DNA of 53,538 nucleotides, from assembly GCA_002104905.1 (NCBI GenBank), contig MCFE01000606.1:1-53538 (forward strand), read 5' to 3'. This document shows, one piece after another, positions 10,343-21,714 of the stretch. The DNA comes from Basidiobolus meristosporus CBS 931.73 (taxonomy: Eukaryota; Fungi; Basidiobolomycota). Position numbers and translations under genes: made by a program. Numbering within the stretch: position 1 is the stretch's first letter; each line of letters starts with the position of its first letter. The notes under the pieces were generated by a model that saw nothing but the letters and a program-made list of their open reading frames with translations, was not told where the DNA came from and did not search any database.

Positions 10343-11584
10343 TGTAGTGGGGTCACAGCAACAGGCACTGACAGAAGTGCTTATTCCCATATTTTCCACT
10401 TCCCTATATCTCTATTACACTGATTTTAGTTTTATCCCATTTGTCTACACTACCAACAGAATTGACCAACTTGCTGAACAGCTACAAAAGCTAGCCCTCA
10501 AGATTAATGGCTCAGCTGAGGTAGCTACTGAGGGACAAAGACCTTTGCCCAGACACTGCATCTGGTGTAACCCTACTCAACATGCCAGACAAGAATGTTC
10601 AGAGCTTAGCCAGCTACTCAGAGAAGGAGCTGTACAGCTTGATGCTGATGGAATGCTTGCAGACAAGGAAGGAAGAAGGATTCCTACTAATTTCCAAAGA
10701 GGAGGGATGAGAGCCCTTTTCCAGAAATCTAACTCAGCAACCAGAAAGATTATTGTTGATGCCCCTATTGGAACTCATACAGTGAATCCAAGCAGCCCTG
10801 ACAACAGATCATACAAAGTTGATGCCTTTGCTGCCAAAAGATACCTCCCTGAAGAATCAGCCAGATCCATCCTTAAAAGACCATGATTTGAAGAACCTGA
10901 AGTTGTTATTGAGAAGAGGCCTAGTATGCTGCCCACCCAAGATCCATTGCCTCACTTTCAGATGCCCTCAAAGATAGCAGGCTACTCAAGCCCTTAACTG
11001 ATTACTGAGAAGCTGCTAAAGCAGAATTTCACTTTGTTGTTTGGAGAAATCATGAGTGTATCACCATCTGTTTGGGAGACCTTTAATGAGAAGCTTAGAA
11101 CAAAACAACAAGCTGTTGAACATATGGACACCCATATAACTCAGACAAACCATGAAGACCACCAAAAGGATGACCACACTACTGAATATAAGACCTTTTA
11201 CTCAGTTGCAACTGCTGTGGTAAAAGGGTATATGCATGATGACCTTGTTGACTGCCATATTGACAGTGGCACAGAGATTTGTGTTATGCCGCTAGACTTT
11301 TTGAAGACACTTAGAAGCAAGGAGCAACTGCCTGTTGATAGAGATATTGCATGGAACATGACTGATGCAAACTCAGGATCTAGTCTACTCTGTGGTGTAG
11401 AGCACAAGTTCCCTATTGAGGTCCAAGGAATCAAGGTCTGGCTTCCCCTGTTGATCTGCCAGAAGGCAAACTTTGACCTTATGCTAGGTGAACCATGGGA
11501 AATCCGAACCAATGCTACAACTACCAACTATTTCAATGGGTCAGTATGGTACACCATACAAGGATCCAACCCAGGACTACAGTC
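10343..11584 (+). mobile_element. Ty3/gypsy X copy 1, 5' part: ~100 bp of LTR fused by deletion to gag C-terminus and protease
   Basis: TGTAGTGGGG start as at 50659. Jumps at ~10445 to gag (equivalent to 52470). CIWCNPTQHARQEC knuckle and HIDSGTEI protease. In-frame stops at 10884 and ~10997. Confidence 0.88.
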
Positions 11585-11962
11585 TGTGGGTACTAAATGC
11601 AGTACCCACTCTTTGCCCAAGAGTTCTCCCCAGAGTCCTACCCAAAGTCCCGCAGTACCCTCCCTATGATTCCCCCATGCACCCTCCCTCCTATCCCTGC
11701 CCTTATCTAGTTAGAACACTTACCATAACAGGAAGGTGTTCACACCCCTATCTTATAACACATTGTCTATTATCTAAGCCCCCAAGTGATATATATATAT
11801 CTACCCAATTGAACCAAGTGGGAGGACAAGAAGATATGGGACGGAATAAACACAAGTCTTTATTACCTTGCTACCTTCTATTGGATGCTATTCTGAACCA
11901 AGTGGTACTGACTTGACCTACAAGCTCTCCCACTCACCAAGTACAGTCAGTAATAACTCACA
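11585..11962 (+). repeat. Z 5' LTR
   Basis: TGTGGGT...ACTCACA, followed by the PBS-like TGGTGCCATC at 11967 and gag. About 17 differences from the 3' LTR (counted by eye). Confidence 0.92.
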
Positions 11963-12003
11963 TATTTGGTGCCATCTCTGCAGAAATAAGCACAAGTGAG
12001 GTA

Positions 12004-12876
12004 ATGACTACTACAATCAAACTAAAAACATACAAGGGAAAGAGAGAGAAAGTCCTTGAGTGGTTTGATAAGTTTGAGAGAGTTGCAATTGATGCAGGAT
12101 GGGACAACAATAAGAAAGTAAGGGAGTTCCCAAGACATATGGAGAGGTCAGCACGGCAATGACATTATGGGTTGGAAGACGCAGTTAAAGACAACTGGGA
12201 TGCACTAGAAGAAGCCTACAAGACACGCTTTCTATATGCCAAAGGATACCACTACAAAGCCCTTCTACTGTCCTCACAGAAGAAAAGCAGTGAGAGCTAT
12301 GAAGCCTACACTGAATTGTTTCTCCAACAAGTTTGATGTCTCCCAAAGGATGAAATTGCCAAACAACAGCTCATGACGTATTACATCATGGGCTTAGACA
12401 GCAAAATAAGTTGTAGGGCATTCAAAGAACAACAGGGATGTAAAACACTGCAAGAGTTGGTCAAACAAGTATAAGGGGTCATCTTACTATGGGGGCTACC
12501 CTATAGTGATACAAATGATCAAAGTACAGGGATCCCCTGTAAGAAAGGAAAAATTGCCTCCCCAAAAGACTGTAAGTTAGGGGAATTACAGCAAGAGGTC
12601 CAAGAACTCTTGATCAACAATGCCCAAGAAGTCCCCAAAGAAGGTGATAAACTCTGGGAAGCTGTTGTAGATCTAAAGGCCCAGGTACAAGCCCTGACCC
12701 AACAGATGGAACAACCTCAACAACAGTATCTGTGTTATGTGTGTGGAGAAGTAGGTCACCGGCCCCACAAATGTGAAAAACGGTACAGACAAGAAGCCGT
12801 ACCGGACACAAAAGAGAAGATGGCATCAAAAGACAGAGTCCCTTGCCAGGAGGCCAACGGGACTCAGTCAATCTGA
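12004..12876 (+). pseudogene. gag: Z gag with several in-frame stops
   Basis: MTTTIKLKTYKG..EWFDKFERVAIDAGWD..; zinc knuckle CYVCGEVGHRPHKC in the same frame. Confidence 0.85.
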
Positions 12877-13339
12877 GCCCTCCGGTCAGGACAGTCAAAG
12901 TGTGGAAGAAGAAGCATCAACATGATGCTTCTAGAGAGGAGGCAAAGGAACCTGTAGTAGAGGTTACATCAAAAGGAAAGAGCGCAGAATTAGGTGAAGA
13001 AGTATAGAATGAGCCTTGGGAAGAAGTGTTAAAGCAATCAAAGAATGCTAGCATGTCTTCCCATGGCCTATTCCCCATAACCAAGGTACTAGAGCAAGCC
13101 AAGACAACCCTCCCAATGACCAATTTACCGGGACTTGCCCCAGCACTAGTCAAGGAACTGATAGAGCGATTGAAGGAGATAACAACCCTTGATGTCAACC
13201 AGACAATCCTGCAATAACCAAATAAAGGTACATATAGAGAATAAGGAGATTCTTGCCCTTATCAACACAGGATCCTCTACTTTAATCATGTCAGAGTCAT
13301 TAGCAAAACGTCTAAAATAAGACATAGTCCCCAATTGGT

Positions 13340-14941
13340 CTTATGGTCACAGAAGACTTTGATTTTGTGTTTTGCATTGTCCAGGTAGTGTCTCCATTGC
13401 TCAAAGGCTACAATGATGGCAAGCAACTCCTTATCATAAATATCATAGTTGATCTCTGCAGGGGAAAACTTCCAAGAGTAGAATGCAATGGGGTGCATCA
13501 CATTGTCCTCATCATACTGGGAGAGTATGGCACCAAGGGCAAAATCAGAAGCATCAGTCTCCACTATGAATTGCTTCTCAAGGTCAGGATGGGCAAGCAG
13601 GGGGGCCTTCAGGAAAGATTTCTTGAGTTGGTTGAATGAGCTGGATTGCTCCTCATTCCAGCCAAAAGGTGTGTTCTTCTGGGTAAGCTTTGTCAGAGGG
13701 GTGACTATCTTGGAGTAGTTGGCTATGAACCTGCGATAGAAGTTGGCAAATTCTAGGAAGGCTTGTACTTCCTTGACTGAGCTTGGAGTTTTCCAAGATT
13801 GGACTGAGTCAACTTTCTTTGGGCCCATTCTTGTTCCCTCAGGGCTGATGAGGTAACCAAGAAATTCCACTTCTCTCTGGTCAAACTCACACTTCTCTAG
13901 CTTGGCATAGAGACCAGCAGAGTCTAGTTTTCTCAATACTTTCTTGACATGTTCATCATGTTCATCTTGGCTCTTGGAGTATATGAGAATATCATCAAGG
14001 TAGATTACCATAAACTGGTCAAGGTATTCACGGAATATGTCATTCATGAGGTGTTGAAACACAGCAGGAGCATTGGTGAGGCCAAATGGCATTACTTTGT
14101 ACTCAAAGTGACCATATCTTGTGCAAAAGGCAGTTTTCCATTCATCTCTGCGCTTGATTCTGACAAGATTGTAGGCTCCTCTCAAGTCAATCTTGGTGAG
14201 GACTTGGGCAGCAGATAGCTGATCCAACAGTGTGTTGATCAGGGGCAGGGGGTAGCAGTTCTTGACTGTGATTGTATTCAAAGCACTGTAGTCCACACAC
14301 ATTCTAAGGGTGCCATCCTTCTTCCTGACAAAGAGGATTGGGGCTCCAGCAGGTGATTTGGAGTGCTGAATAAAACCCTTCTGGAGGTTTTCTTCAATGT
14401 AACCATGGAGTTCTTTCAACTCCGGCTGGGAGAGGCTATATATTGGGCCAAATGGAGGGACTTTTCCATCTTCAAGGTCAATAGGGCAGTCATATGGCCA
14501 ATGGTCAGGGAGGAGTTCTGCTTTCTTCTTGTCAAAGACATGGGCAAACTCTTGGTACTTGGCTGGTATATTTGCTGAGGGGGCTCCTTCAGCTGGCAAG
14601 GTATCTTGGGCTGTTGAACTGTTGGCAACAGTCTTTTCACGGTCATCAGGGTCTGGAGATTTCATGGAGTTGACTTGGTGGGATCTGGTGAATGACAGGA
14701 TCTTGGAATTCCAATCAATACTTGGATTGTGGTAGCTCAGCCATGACCTTCCAAGCACAAGAGGATAGTGTGGTGAGTTGATGATGTTGAAGGAAATTCT
14801 TTCTTGGTGAGCAGTACTGGACAGCTGAAGTAAGCATGTTTCAAGGGTAACAACACCAGAGGAGAGTGATCTTCCATCAATAACTTCTACTTGGACTGGA
14901 CAGGATTTCAAAGTAACAGGAATAGAGTGCTTCTGGACAAA
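13340..14941 (-). CDS. pol: Y Pol fragment (protease C-terminus, RT, RNase H), open frame, truncated after CDHK
   Basis: PAGAPILFV, LRMCVDY, KIDLRGAYN, MPFGLTNAP, YLDDILIYS, TDASDFALG, DKELLAI, CDHK. Residues after DHK come from antisense Z sequence. Confidence 0.92.
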
Positions 14942-15124
14942 AGACTTGTTCCGTTGGATAGTGCCACATAGTGCCAGCCGGTTTATAGTGCCGGATCAAT
15001 CTGGCACCCTATGGCACTATCTGGCACAATAATTTCTACCATGATGCCAGTGGTATGATACAGTTACTGGTAATTTTACTCAATCTTACTTATGTTGCTC
15101 AGAATAGTGCTTTCCTTGCTTTAT

Positions 15125-16009
15125 TTACTCTTCATAATGCTCCAGACACATTTCTCTCAGTGGATGTCTTCTTGTATGAACATACTGTGCATTGATTAGT
15201 ATCTTAACTATTTTACCTATTCTGCTGTTTTCTCCTATATATGACTTCTCTCTGTATTTACCTGCCAATATGCTGAATCTCTTCAGATATCCAAATGTGT
15301 GCTCTACCCTTACTCTGAAATGATTAAATATCTCATTGTAGAGCTTCTGCTTCCTGCTAAGCACACCATTCCTTGGCTTCCTATAAGCTGTAATACATCC
15401 TAATCTCTGACAATCCTCTCCTATATAGGCCAAGTCTGCCATACATTTCTCCCCTCTACTGAATTCAGGATAATTCTCTACCCAGAGTGCTTTGTCATGC
15501 CTACTTCCAGCAAATGGCCCACTGAACCAGATGATGTTACCCTCAATGTCAGACAGTGCTTGAAACTTCACACAGTGTGCCTTGTACTTGCCAGAATAAA
15601 AGTGCCTCTGCCCTCTAGAAGATCTGTTAATCCTCACTGGGAAGGTATCCAAAATACTCCTGATATGGAACCTGTTGCTGAACACTCTGGGATATGGAAG
15701 TCTATTGGAGCTTCTGAACCTAGTATTCCAAGCTTGCTCTAAGTCATTCATACCCTCTGCAAGGTGGTTCTCCATTGCTGTCAGCTGGGAATGAAAGCTT
15801 CTAGGACTTTTGTTGCCATTGATGGTGGGATGAAACCTTGTAGGGCAATAGTTCTTGTAATAGCAGAGAAGCTTAACAAGGGATCTCCTTGAGTAGATTG
15901 GGGTTGATGGTCCACAGTACTTGGAATAGATCTCCTCCAGTGTGTCAAAAGGAAATCCAGTGGTAGTGATGGGATTGATGAGAAAAGACCATTCAGATGA
16001 GTAAGTCAT
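15125..16009 (-). CDS. DDE transposase, 294 aa, intact (4 aa differences from copy 1)
   Basis: Same DDE motifs as 9169-10053. Differences: H>N, P>S, H>Y, G>E. Confidence 0.93.
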   Translation of the reverse strand: MTYSSEWSFLINPITTTGFPFDTLEEIYSKYCGPSTPIYSRRSLVKLLCYYKNYCPTRFHPTINGNKSPRSFHSQLTAMENHLAEGMNDLEQAWNTRFRSSNRLPYPRVFSNRFHIRSILDTFPVRINRSSRGQRHFYSGKYKAHCVKFQALSDIEGNIIWFSGPFAGSRHDKALWVENYPEFSRGEKCMADLAYIGEDCQRLGCITAYRKPRNGVLSRKQKLYNEIFNHFRVRVEHTFGYLKRFSILAGKYREKSYIGENSRIGKIVKILINAQYVHTRRHPLREMCLEHYEE

Positions 16010-16368
16010 ATTAAAATTGATGGATGATCGTATGGAGGCGGTTTGAATTGATTTGGCGCAATCTGCATTATTTATCTGATTTTTAACACATTATGGTTAA
16101 ATCTCCATCAATTGCCATGTATCCCATCATTATGTCGCAAAAATCATCCGCAAACAATGCCTTGGTACTTTTATTGATGCTTTAATCATAGGTCTATAAT
16201 CAAATAGTAAATCTGCAATTGATGTGATCTGATCCGTGTCAACGCGATCCAAGATGCATCATGCATAATATATGGAAAATTCAACAATCACTTTAGTTTT
16301 CATATATATTTCATATAAGACCAGGTTGATGCCAATATACTGCTGTATAAGTATCCAAATCCGTTGCT

Positions 16369-17601
16369 ATGGTCCCCATACCAAGCCTCAACTCATCTTT
16401 AGTACAACCCAGACAAAACCCATCCCCCAGCTCACTAGCGCGGTCCGGACTGGAGAAGTCAATGTCGGATTCGTTCAAGTTCTCGCCAAATGATTTTAGT
16501 ATGGCCCAAGTGTCTATGATGAGCCTTCATACAGATATTTGGGCACTACTGATTAATCTAGCAGAACTAGATACCTCAGAGAGTCAACAAAGATGGAAGA
16601 ATTTGAGTAGAAAGCTGTGGCATGAGTTCTACATCAAGATGCCAGCCGATGTATGTAAAAAGATATATAACATGACAAGTATTGAAATCAAGAATGAGCT
16701 GAGAGTAAGGGGATTTGACAAGGAAGCCGCGCGGGAACAATTTCGCGCACAATTTGCACAGTACGGGCCGGGCGCGTCCGTTTGTGCCTCAACTTTGGGA
16801 ACCAAAGAGATTTTGAATGAGTTTTTGCCTCAAATGACTAATGTACTACGTGATATATTAGTAGAGCTAAGTGGCTTCCGAGAGCAATATACACAGGACT
16901 CATCCAGGCAACAGCTCCAAAGTATCAGACAGAGGGTAAGTAAATACCTTGAGGAATCAGATGGTGAGCTTCAGGAGGAAGAATACAGACTGCAAGCAAC
17001 ATTGTCCAGATCGCGCCAGCATGCCTCGCTGGATTCCCTACCATCTCTTGCAACCACAGCGCGCCGGCGCACGTCAGTCCAGACCATGCCAACACCCTTT
17101 ACCAGAACGCCCCGCGTCGAGTCAACGCGCGCGCTTCAGAGCAAAACTACCAGAACTTGCCAAACTGCTCATTTAGACACAAGTCCATTGGAGCGGACCA
17201 AGTCGCGTCAACATGCGGCATCACATCAAACTCAGCCAAGGGCCATCTCAACGCGTCAAGGCGTGCCTGCGCGTGCCGTTTCACCTGACCATCAGTGAGT
17301 TACTTCTGGTGAACTGACTGATGATGACCAACATGAAGTGACTCAACCACCGGAGCCCTTGGCAAGTAAAAGAACGCGTCAGCGCGTAGCACTACAGGCC
17401 GGTTCAGTTGCTTCAGTCGGAGCAATTCAGCGCGGCCAAGCTGCAGCATCATACTCATCAACTAGGAGGCAAAATTCTGACTACAAATACACAAGTAGCC
17501 AAGATGATAGTCAGCCAGGAAGTAGTATAGGTGTGCAAAGTGAGTCACTACCAAATGCTTCAGTAGTAATCCCTGTGAGAAAAAAACCCAGGAGAAGATG
17601 A
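16369..17601 (+). pseudogene. PHIS ORF2 copy 2 (~410 aa), one premature TGA at 17296-17298
   Basis: The 309-aa and 87-aa ORFs are in one frame. The stop codon is CGA in copy 1. Confidence 0.78.
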
Positions 17602-18506
17602 TGCAATTGCTTTGAATTGCTCACATTTGTAATGATCCCAACAGCCCTTTTTTTTTGCGATCCAAATTGAGCCATCGCAAATCAGTGATCATCAAATTTT
17701 TGATATAAGTAATATCAAGGACGTCTCACATTTGAGACAGAACCCCTATAAATAAACACCCTGCATATATATACGTCATCTGTAATACCAGTGCAGCTAT
17801 TGGATCTGTTTTGCCCCTACACAATCGCTTGCGTGCTAGCTATGACACCTTGCCCAATCACTAGGATCAGGGATTTACTTGCTCAATGGGCAAAATGGGA
17901 TATTTGATGGCGAATCAGGTAGCTTTTTCAGTAGTCAATGAGCCAATTGGGGGCTGCCAGCATCAGGATACTTTTGGACCAATTAACCACTGAGATACCG
18001 TCCAATTGGAGTGAGGGTAACCAAAATGGTAAGTATCAGTGTAGTTGATAGTGTGATACACATTTATTTCCATTTACATTAAAGAAACATATCCAAATAC
18101 CGGATTTTACCTGCCATTATAGCGGTATCCAATTGCGCACGTGATGCAAGCATTATGAGTTGGCGCAATCATCCGTGCCAACCTCATCGTGTCAGATTGT
18201 GCCATAGTGTGCGAGATCGTCCCGCATAGTGCGAAATTGTCCAAGAACAATCCTGCCTTCTGGTAGCTATAATATTGCGCCCAATCGTTCTTTGCAACCG
18301 CGGATCGCGCCGCGCGCCCTGGCACGGTACAATGGAACAAGTCTAAAGGCTTGGTCAATGAAACAGGATGAAGCACCGAAATCAATCAGGGCTAGGGCTG
18401 GGACAGGACTGGAGTCAGGGATCTGGATTTTGACAGGCATTCTTAAGGACTGGATAGATTTTATGGCAAAGGAAGATTCTTGGATATGCTGGATTTTCAT
18501 GGGTGG

Positions 18507-18551
18507 GTCCAGTTGCAAGTCTGTCAGTGCAACTGGACATTGGAGTTTCCC
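18507..18551 (-). promoter_or_regulatory. -1 programmed ribosomal frameshift cassette of Y (G GGA AAC, 6-nt spacer, 11-bp hairpin)
   Basis: Gag reads TTG GGA AAC TCC. The -1 frame reads GKLQCPV.. into the protease. Perfect stem GTCCAGTTGCA / TGCAACTGGAC with a 10-nt loop. Gag stop at 18526-18524. Confidence 0.85.
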
Positions 18552-19456
18552 AACAGTTCTAAGTCAGGTTGGTTACTGGAGGACTGCATCAGCTTGAAGC
18601 TGGACTTCTTGTTGGGGCAGGACTTGGCAAAGTGACCTGGTTGGCTGCAGTATAGGCAGAGATTGGCTTGTTGATGTCTGGACTATTCACTCTTTGATAG
18701 TTTCCTGTATTTGGCACTATCAATCTGCATAAGATCTTCTGCAGTGACTTGGGGAGCAGGAGGGGCTGGGACTGCAACAGGAATGTGTCTTTGATGGTTC
18801 TTTTGCTTCTTCTGGAGTAGTCTTTTAACACACCAGATTGCTTGGTGCATAGCTTCAAGTAATGTATCTGGATCTGGGAGTGTGAGTAGCAGATCACAAG
18901 CTTCATCATTGGAGCCATCTTGCAATTGGCTAATCAAGGCTGCTTGACACCAGGAGCTGAGGTAACTGGAGAGTTGTTGGAATTCTGAGGCATAGACTGA
19001 TGCTGGTTTGTTCCCTTGCATGAGGGTCTTGATCTTGTTGGCAGCAGTTCTGGCTTGGTTAAGGTTACCAAATGTTAGCTCCATTTCAGTGAGAAAAGCT
19101 TAGTAGTCTCTGAGGAGGGGAGAGTTGGTCTCCACTAATGGGGAGAACCACTTGAGAGCTGTACCAGTAAGCAGGTTGGAGATGAAACCAACTTTGGCCT
19201 GGTCAGTGGGGTACTGGTTGGGCTGGAGTGCAAGATTGTTCTTCACCATGTTGATGACGCCACGGAATTCATTCTGAGAGCCATTGAACTTGGTAGCAGG
19301 AGTATACTTGGGTTCTTGGTAGACTGGGACATGGCTAGTTTGCTGGACACTTTGGTTCTGGAACTGAGCAAGAGTGTTTCTTAGGTATGCATGGTCTTGC
19401 TACAGCTGGGTAAAGGCAGCCATGAGTGGGGCAAAGTTCAGCTCTAGGTTGGACAT
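18524..19456 (-). pseudogene. gag: Y gag with premature stops
   Basis: ATG at 19456 is in frame with the 19084-18683 ORF and the CCHC knuckle. Retrotrans_gag/PEG10-like motifs. Confidence 0.85.
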
Positions 19457-19537
19457 GGTAGCAGAGGAAGGCAGATGAACTTGCAAGGAATACTGGAATA
19501 TACTAAACTACATTGTGGGTTTGTAAGGCCACTAGTA

Positions 19538-20391
19538 TGTCAAGAATACAACTATTGAGCCACAATCCCCAACTTAAATAAGTTTGCGTCACTTCAGAAG
19601 GTACTGGTTTTGACATCCTTTGATAGAGTATTGTACTGAAGCTTCCAATACTGTAACAACTGTAAACTCCACCAGCAGGGTAATAAAGTGAATGCAGCTT
19701 TGACCAATAGTTTTACAAAGATAAAGTATCTTTGCCTTTATAGGACAAGACTAGGGAAAGATGATGGGTGATACTTAGGGTGAGTATTCCTTTTACAAGT
19801 TTTCTTCAAACTTTGGGCAGAAGGCAGGGATCCACAGATAAGTCTGGAGAGTCTGATAAAACTGTTATGAATAGACACAAGGCAGGAGAGTAGGGCTAGG
19901 CAAGGCAGGACCAGGAAAGGACTTAGGTGTGGATCAACAAGGCAAGGTGGATATCCAAGGAAAGGCTGTTTATTCAAGACCTGTGTTTATCAGACTGAGG
20001 AATACTTAAGGGGGGATATGACTATATATACTTTTTGGCTATACTGATACTGAGAGATGTTAGCTAATACTAATGGGGTTGTGGGGTGAGGCACAGCAGC
20101 AGTGCTGGGGATAATAATAAAGAAGGCAAGGCACTGAGACAGGATGGGGAAATGGATTAAGTCACCTGTTCAGGTAACTAAGTCATGTGACCTGGTATCT
20201 CCATATATGGTACCGGACTATGAAAAATACAATGGGAAGCTTCCATGGAATGTTCCATTGTGTAACAATGGCTTGAAATGGTCAGGAACTTTCTGGAAGG
20301 TGGTAGAAGGTTCCAAAAGGAATCTCTTAGAAATTGAGCTAGGAAGCTGAAACTTGGCATGGGTGTTTGTGGTTGTCTTGTGATCATGACA
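19538..20391 (-). repeat. Y 5' LTR (~854 bp)
   Basis: 5-bp terminal inverted repeat TGTCA/TGACA and a TATATATA box. The 3' ~260 bp are homologous to 51310-51570. The 5' boundary is inferred from the terminal motif only. Confidence 0.72.
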
Positions 20392-20475
20392 GATAGAGGA
20401 AGACACAGGATACATATGAAGCTTATTAGAGGGGATTTTAGTCAATATAGGCACAAATGATATGCGCAAGGAAGT

Positions 20476-21528
20476 TTGCCCAAAGGGGAGAACAAAAGAA
20501 TGCTTATGGAAAGCGCCAAAGGAAACAGTTCACCCAAAACTGGCAATACCCCTCCTATTGGCAAGAACCAAGATGATATTAACAATGAGACCAACCTGCA
20601 TGGGTTGAGAGATATGGTACAAGCGTTACGTGCATCAAGAGCCACCTATGAAGAGTTGTTTGCCGGAGCAGTCATGTTGATACAAGACACAATCAGAAAG
20701 GGACAAGACAAGTTTCCCTTGCCAATACAAAGCATGGAGATACTACCCAAGAAGACCATGTTCCACCTAAGAGGAGGTTCCTTGAACGTTAAGGAGAAGG
20801 ATGCCGCACTGATTCCCGTATCCATACTGGACACAGTCCGACAGAAGACACAAGGAATCAACTGTTGCGCCTTCATAAGACCTTGAGAGCCCCCTTGTTT
20901 TGTAGCATACTTGCCATTGATAGGTACCATGGTTGATGAGGTATATGCAGACCTGGTACAAGCAGCAAGAGCACCAGAAGTAGAACTCCCAATTGAAAGA
21001 CTCCTCTGAGGAATTTGCAAACATCTCAAACCACATTTCCAAGAAGGAACCATCTTAGAGAAGATATGCAAATGGATTAAATACACCAGCCAGTTAACCC
21101 ATGCAATCCACCAAGTTGCTGTGCTACAACTATCACAGTGGTTTACCATAGGATAACTCAGGAACCAGTACAAAGTCCAACTCAAAGAAGCCAAAGAAAC
21201 TCCTGCGGACTCTGTAGAAACCATGAGGCAAGTACAAAAGCACCTCAATTGCGCCACAGTTTCTACAGAAGAACTACAATACATCTTGCAAGAAGCAAAA
21301 ACTTGTTACCAACAACAGGTGACTGCCAACCAAGTGTATGCCCTCTTCAAAAGGTCCCCCGCTGTCATATTGAACACAAAAAGGACAAGCCCCAACAGCA
21401 TTTGCAAGATAAAGAAGCAAAACTTTATTGTGCTATTGCACCTTTTCTTGTTCTCTGACCCTTGCAAGGAGCTTACCAAGAGCCCTATAGTTTGCCAACT
21501 ATTTGGCTCTGTGGAAAACATTCCTTGA
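20476..21528 (+). pseudogene. Unknown extra ORF (~350 codons) upstream of the Z 3' LTR
   Basis: The ORFs at 20476-20886 and 21223-21528 are in one frame, interrupted only by TGA 20884, TGA 21007 and TAA 21154. No Pol motifs. Confidence 0.65.
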
Positions 21529-21714
21529 GCAACGCAAGCCGCACCCCACTCTGCCGCCAAATGGTATCAGGTATTCACCCGCAACCCACTTGCAAGTGAC
21601 AACCAGCAATGGTAATATGGTGACTCCCCATGCTCTGTGAACAAAATCAGCCCTGGAGAAGCAAGTTAATCAAAAGAACTTTGAGGACAAAGCTCCCTCT
21701 TAACCCCCGGGATA

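Larger units (their letters stand above)
14942..18344 (-). mobile_element. PHIS DNA transposon copy 2 (3403 bp), inserted in the Y protease gene
   Basis: Same 11-bp TIRs, TSD AAA (14939-14941 / 18345-18347). Removing it restores FIDQAF|VQKHSIPV. Confidence 0.94.
13340..20391 (-). mobile_element. Ty3/gypsy Y (sushi/PEG10-like): 5' LTR, gag, PR-RT-RH; 3'-truncated (no integrase or 3' LTR)
   Basis: LTR TGTCA...TGACA at 20391-19538. Gag FNGSQNEF..AKVGFISNLLTGTALKWF and CLYCSQPGHFAKSC. Protease split by PHIS copy 2. RT with YLDDILIYS. Confidence 0.88.

Noticed and set aside
19500-19537. Tf1-like self-priming PBS in element Y
   Set aside because: There is no tRNA-type PBS, but I also found no convincing complement of TACTAGTGGCC downstream of the LTR TATA box.
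20646-21284. 212-aa antisense ORF as an env-like membrane protein
   Set aside because: Its S/C/W-rich composition is typical of a shadow frame, and the plus frame is longer with stops explained by C>T. Kept only as an alternative.
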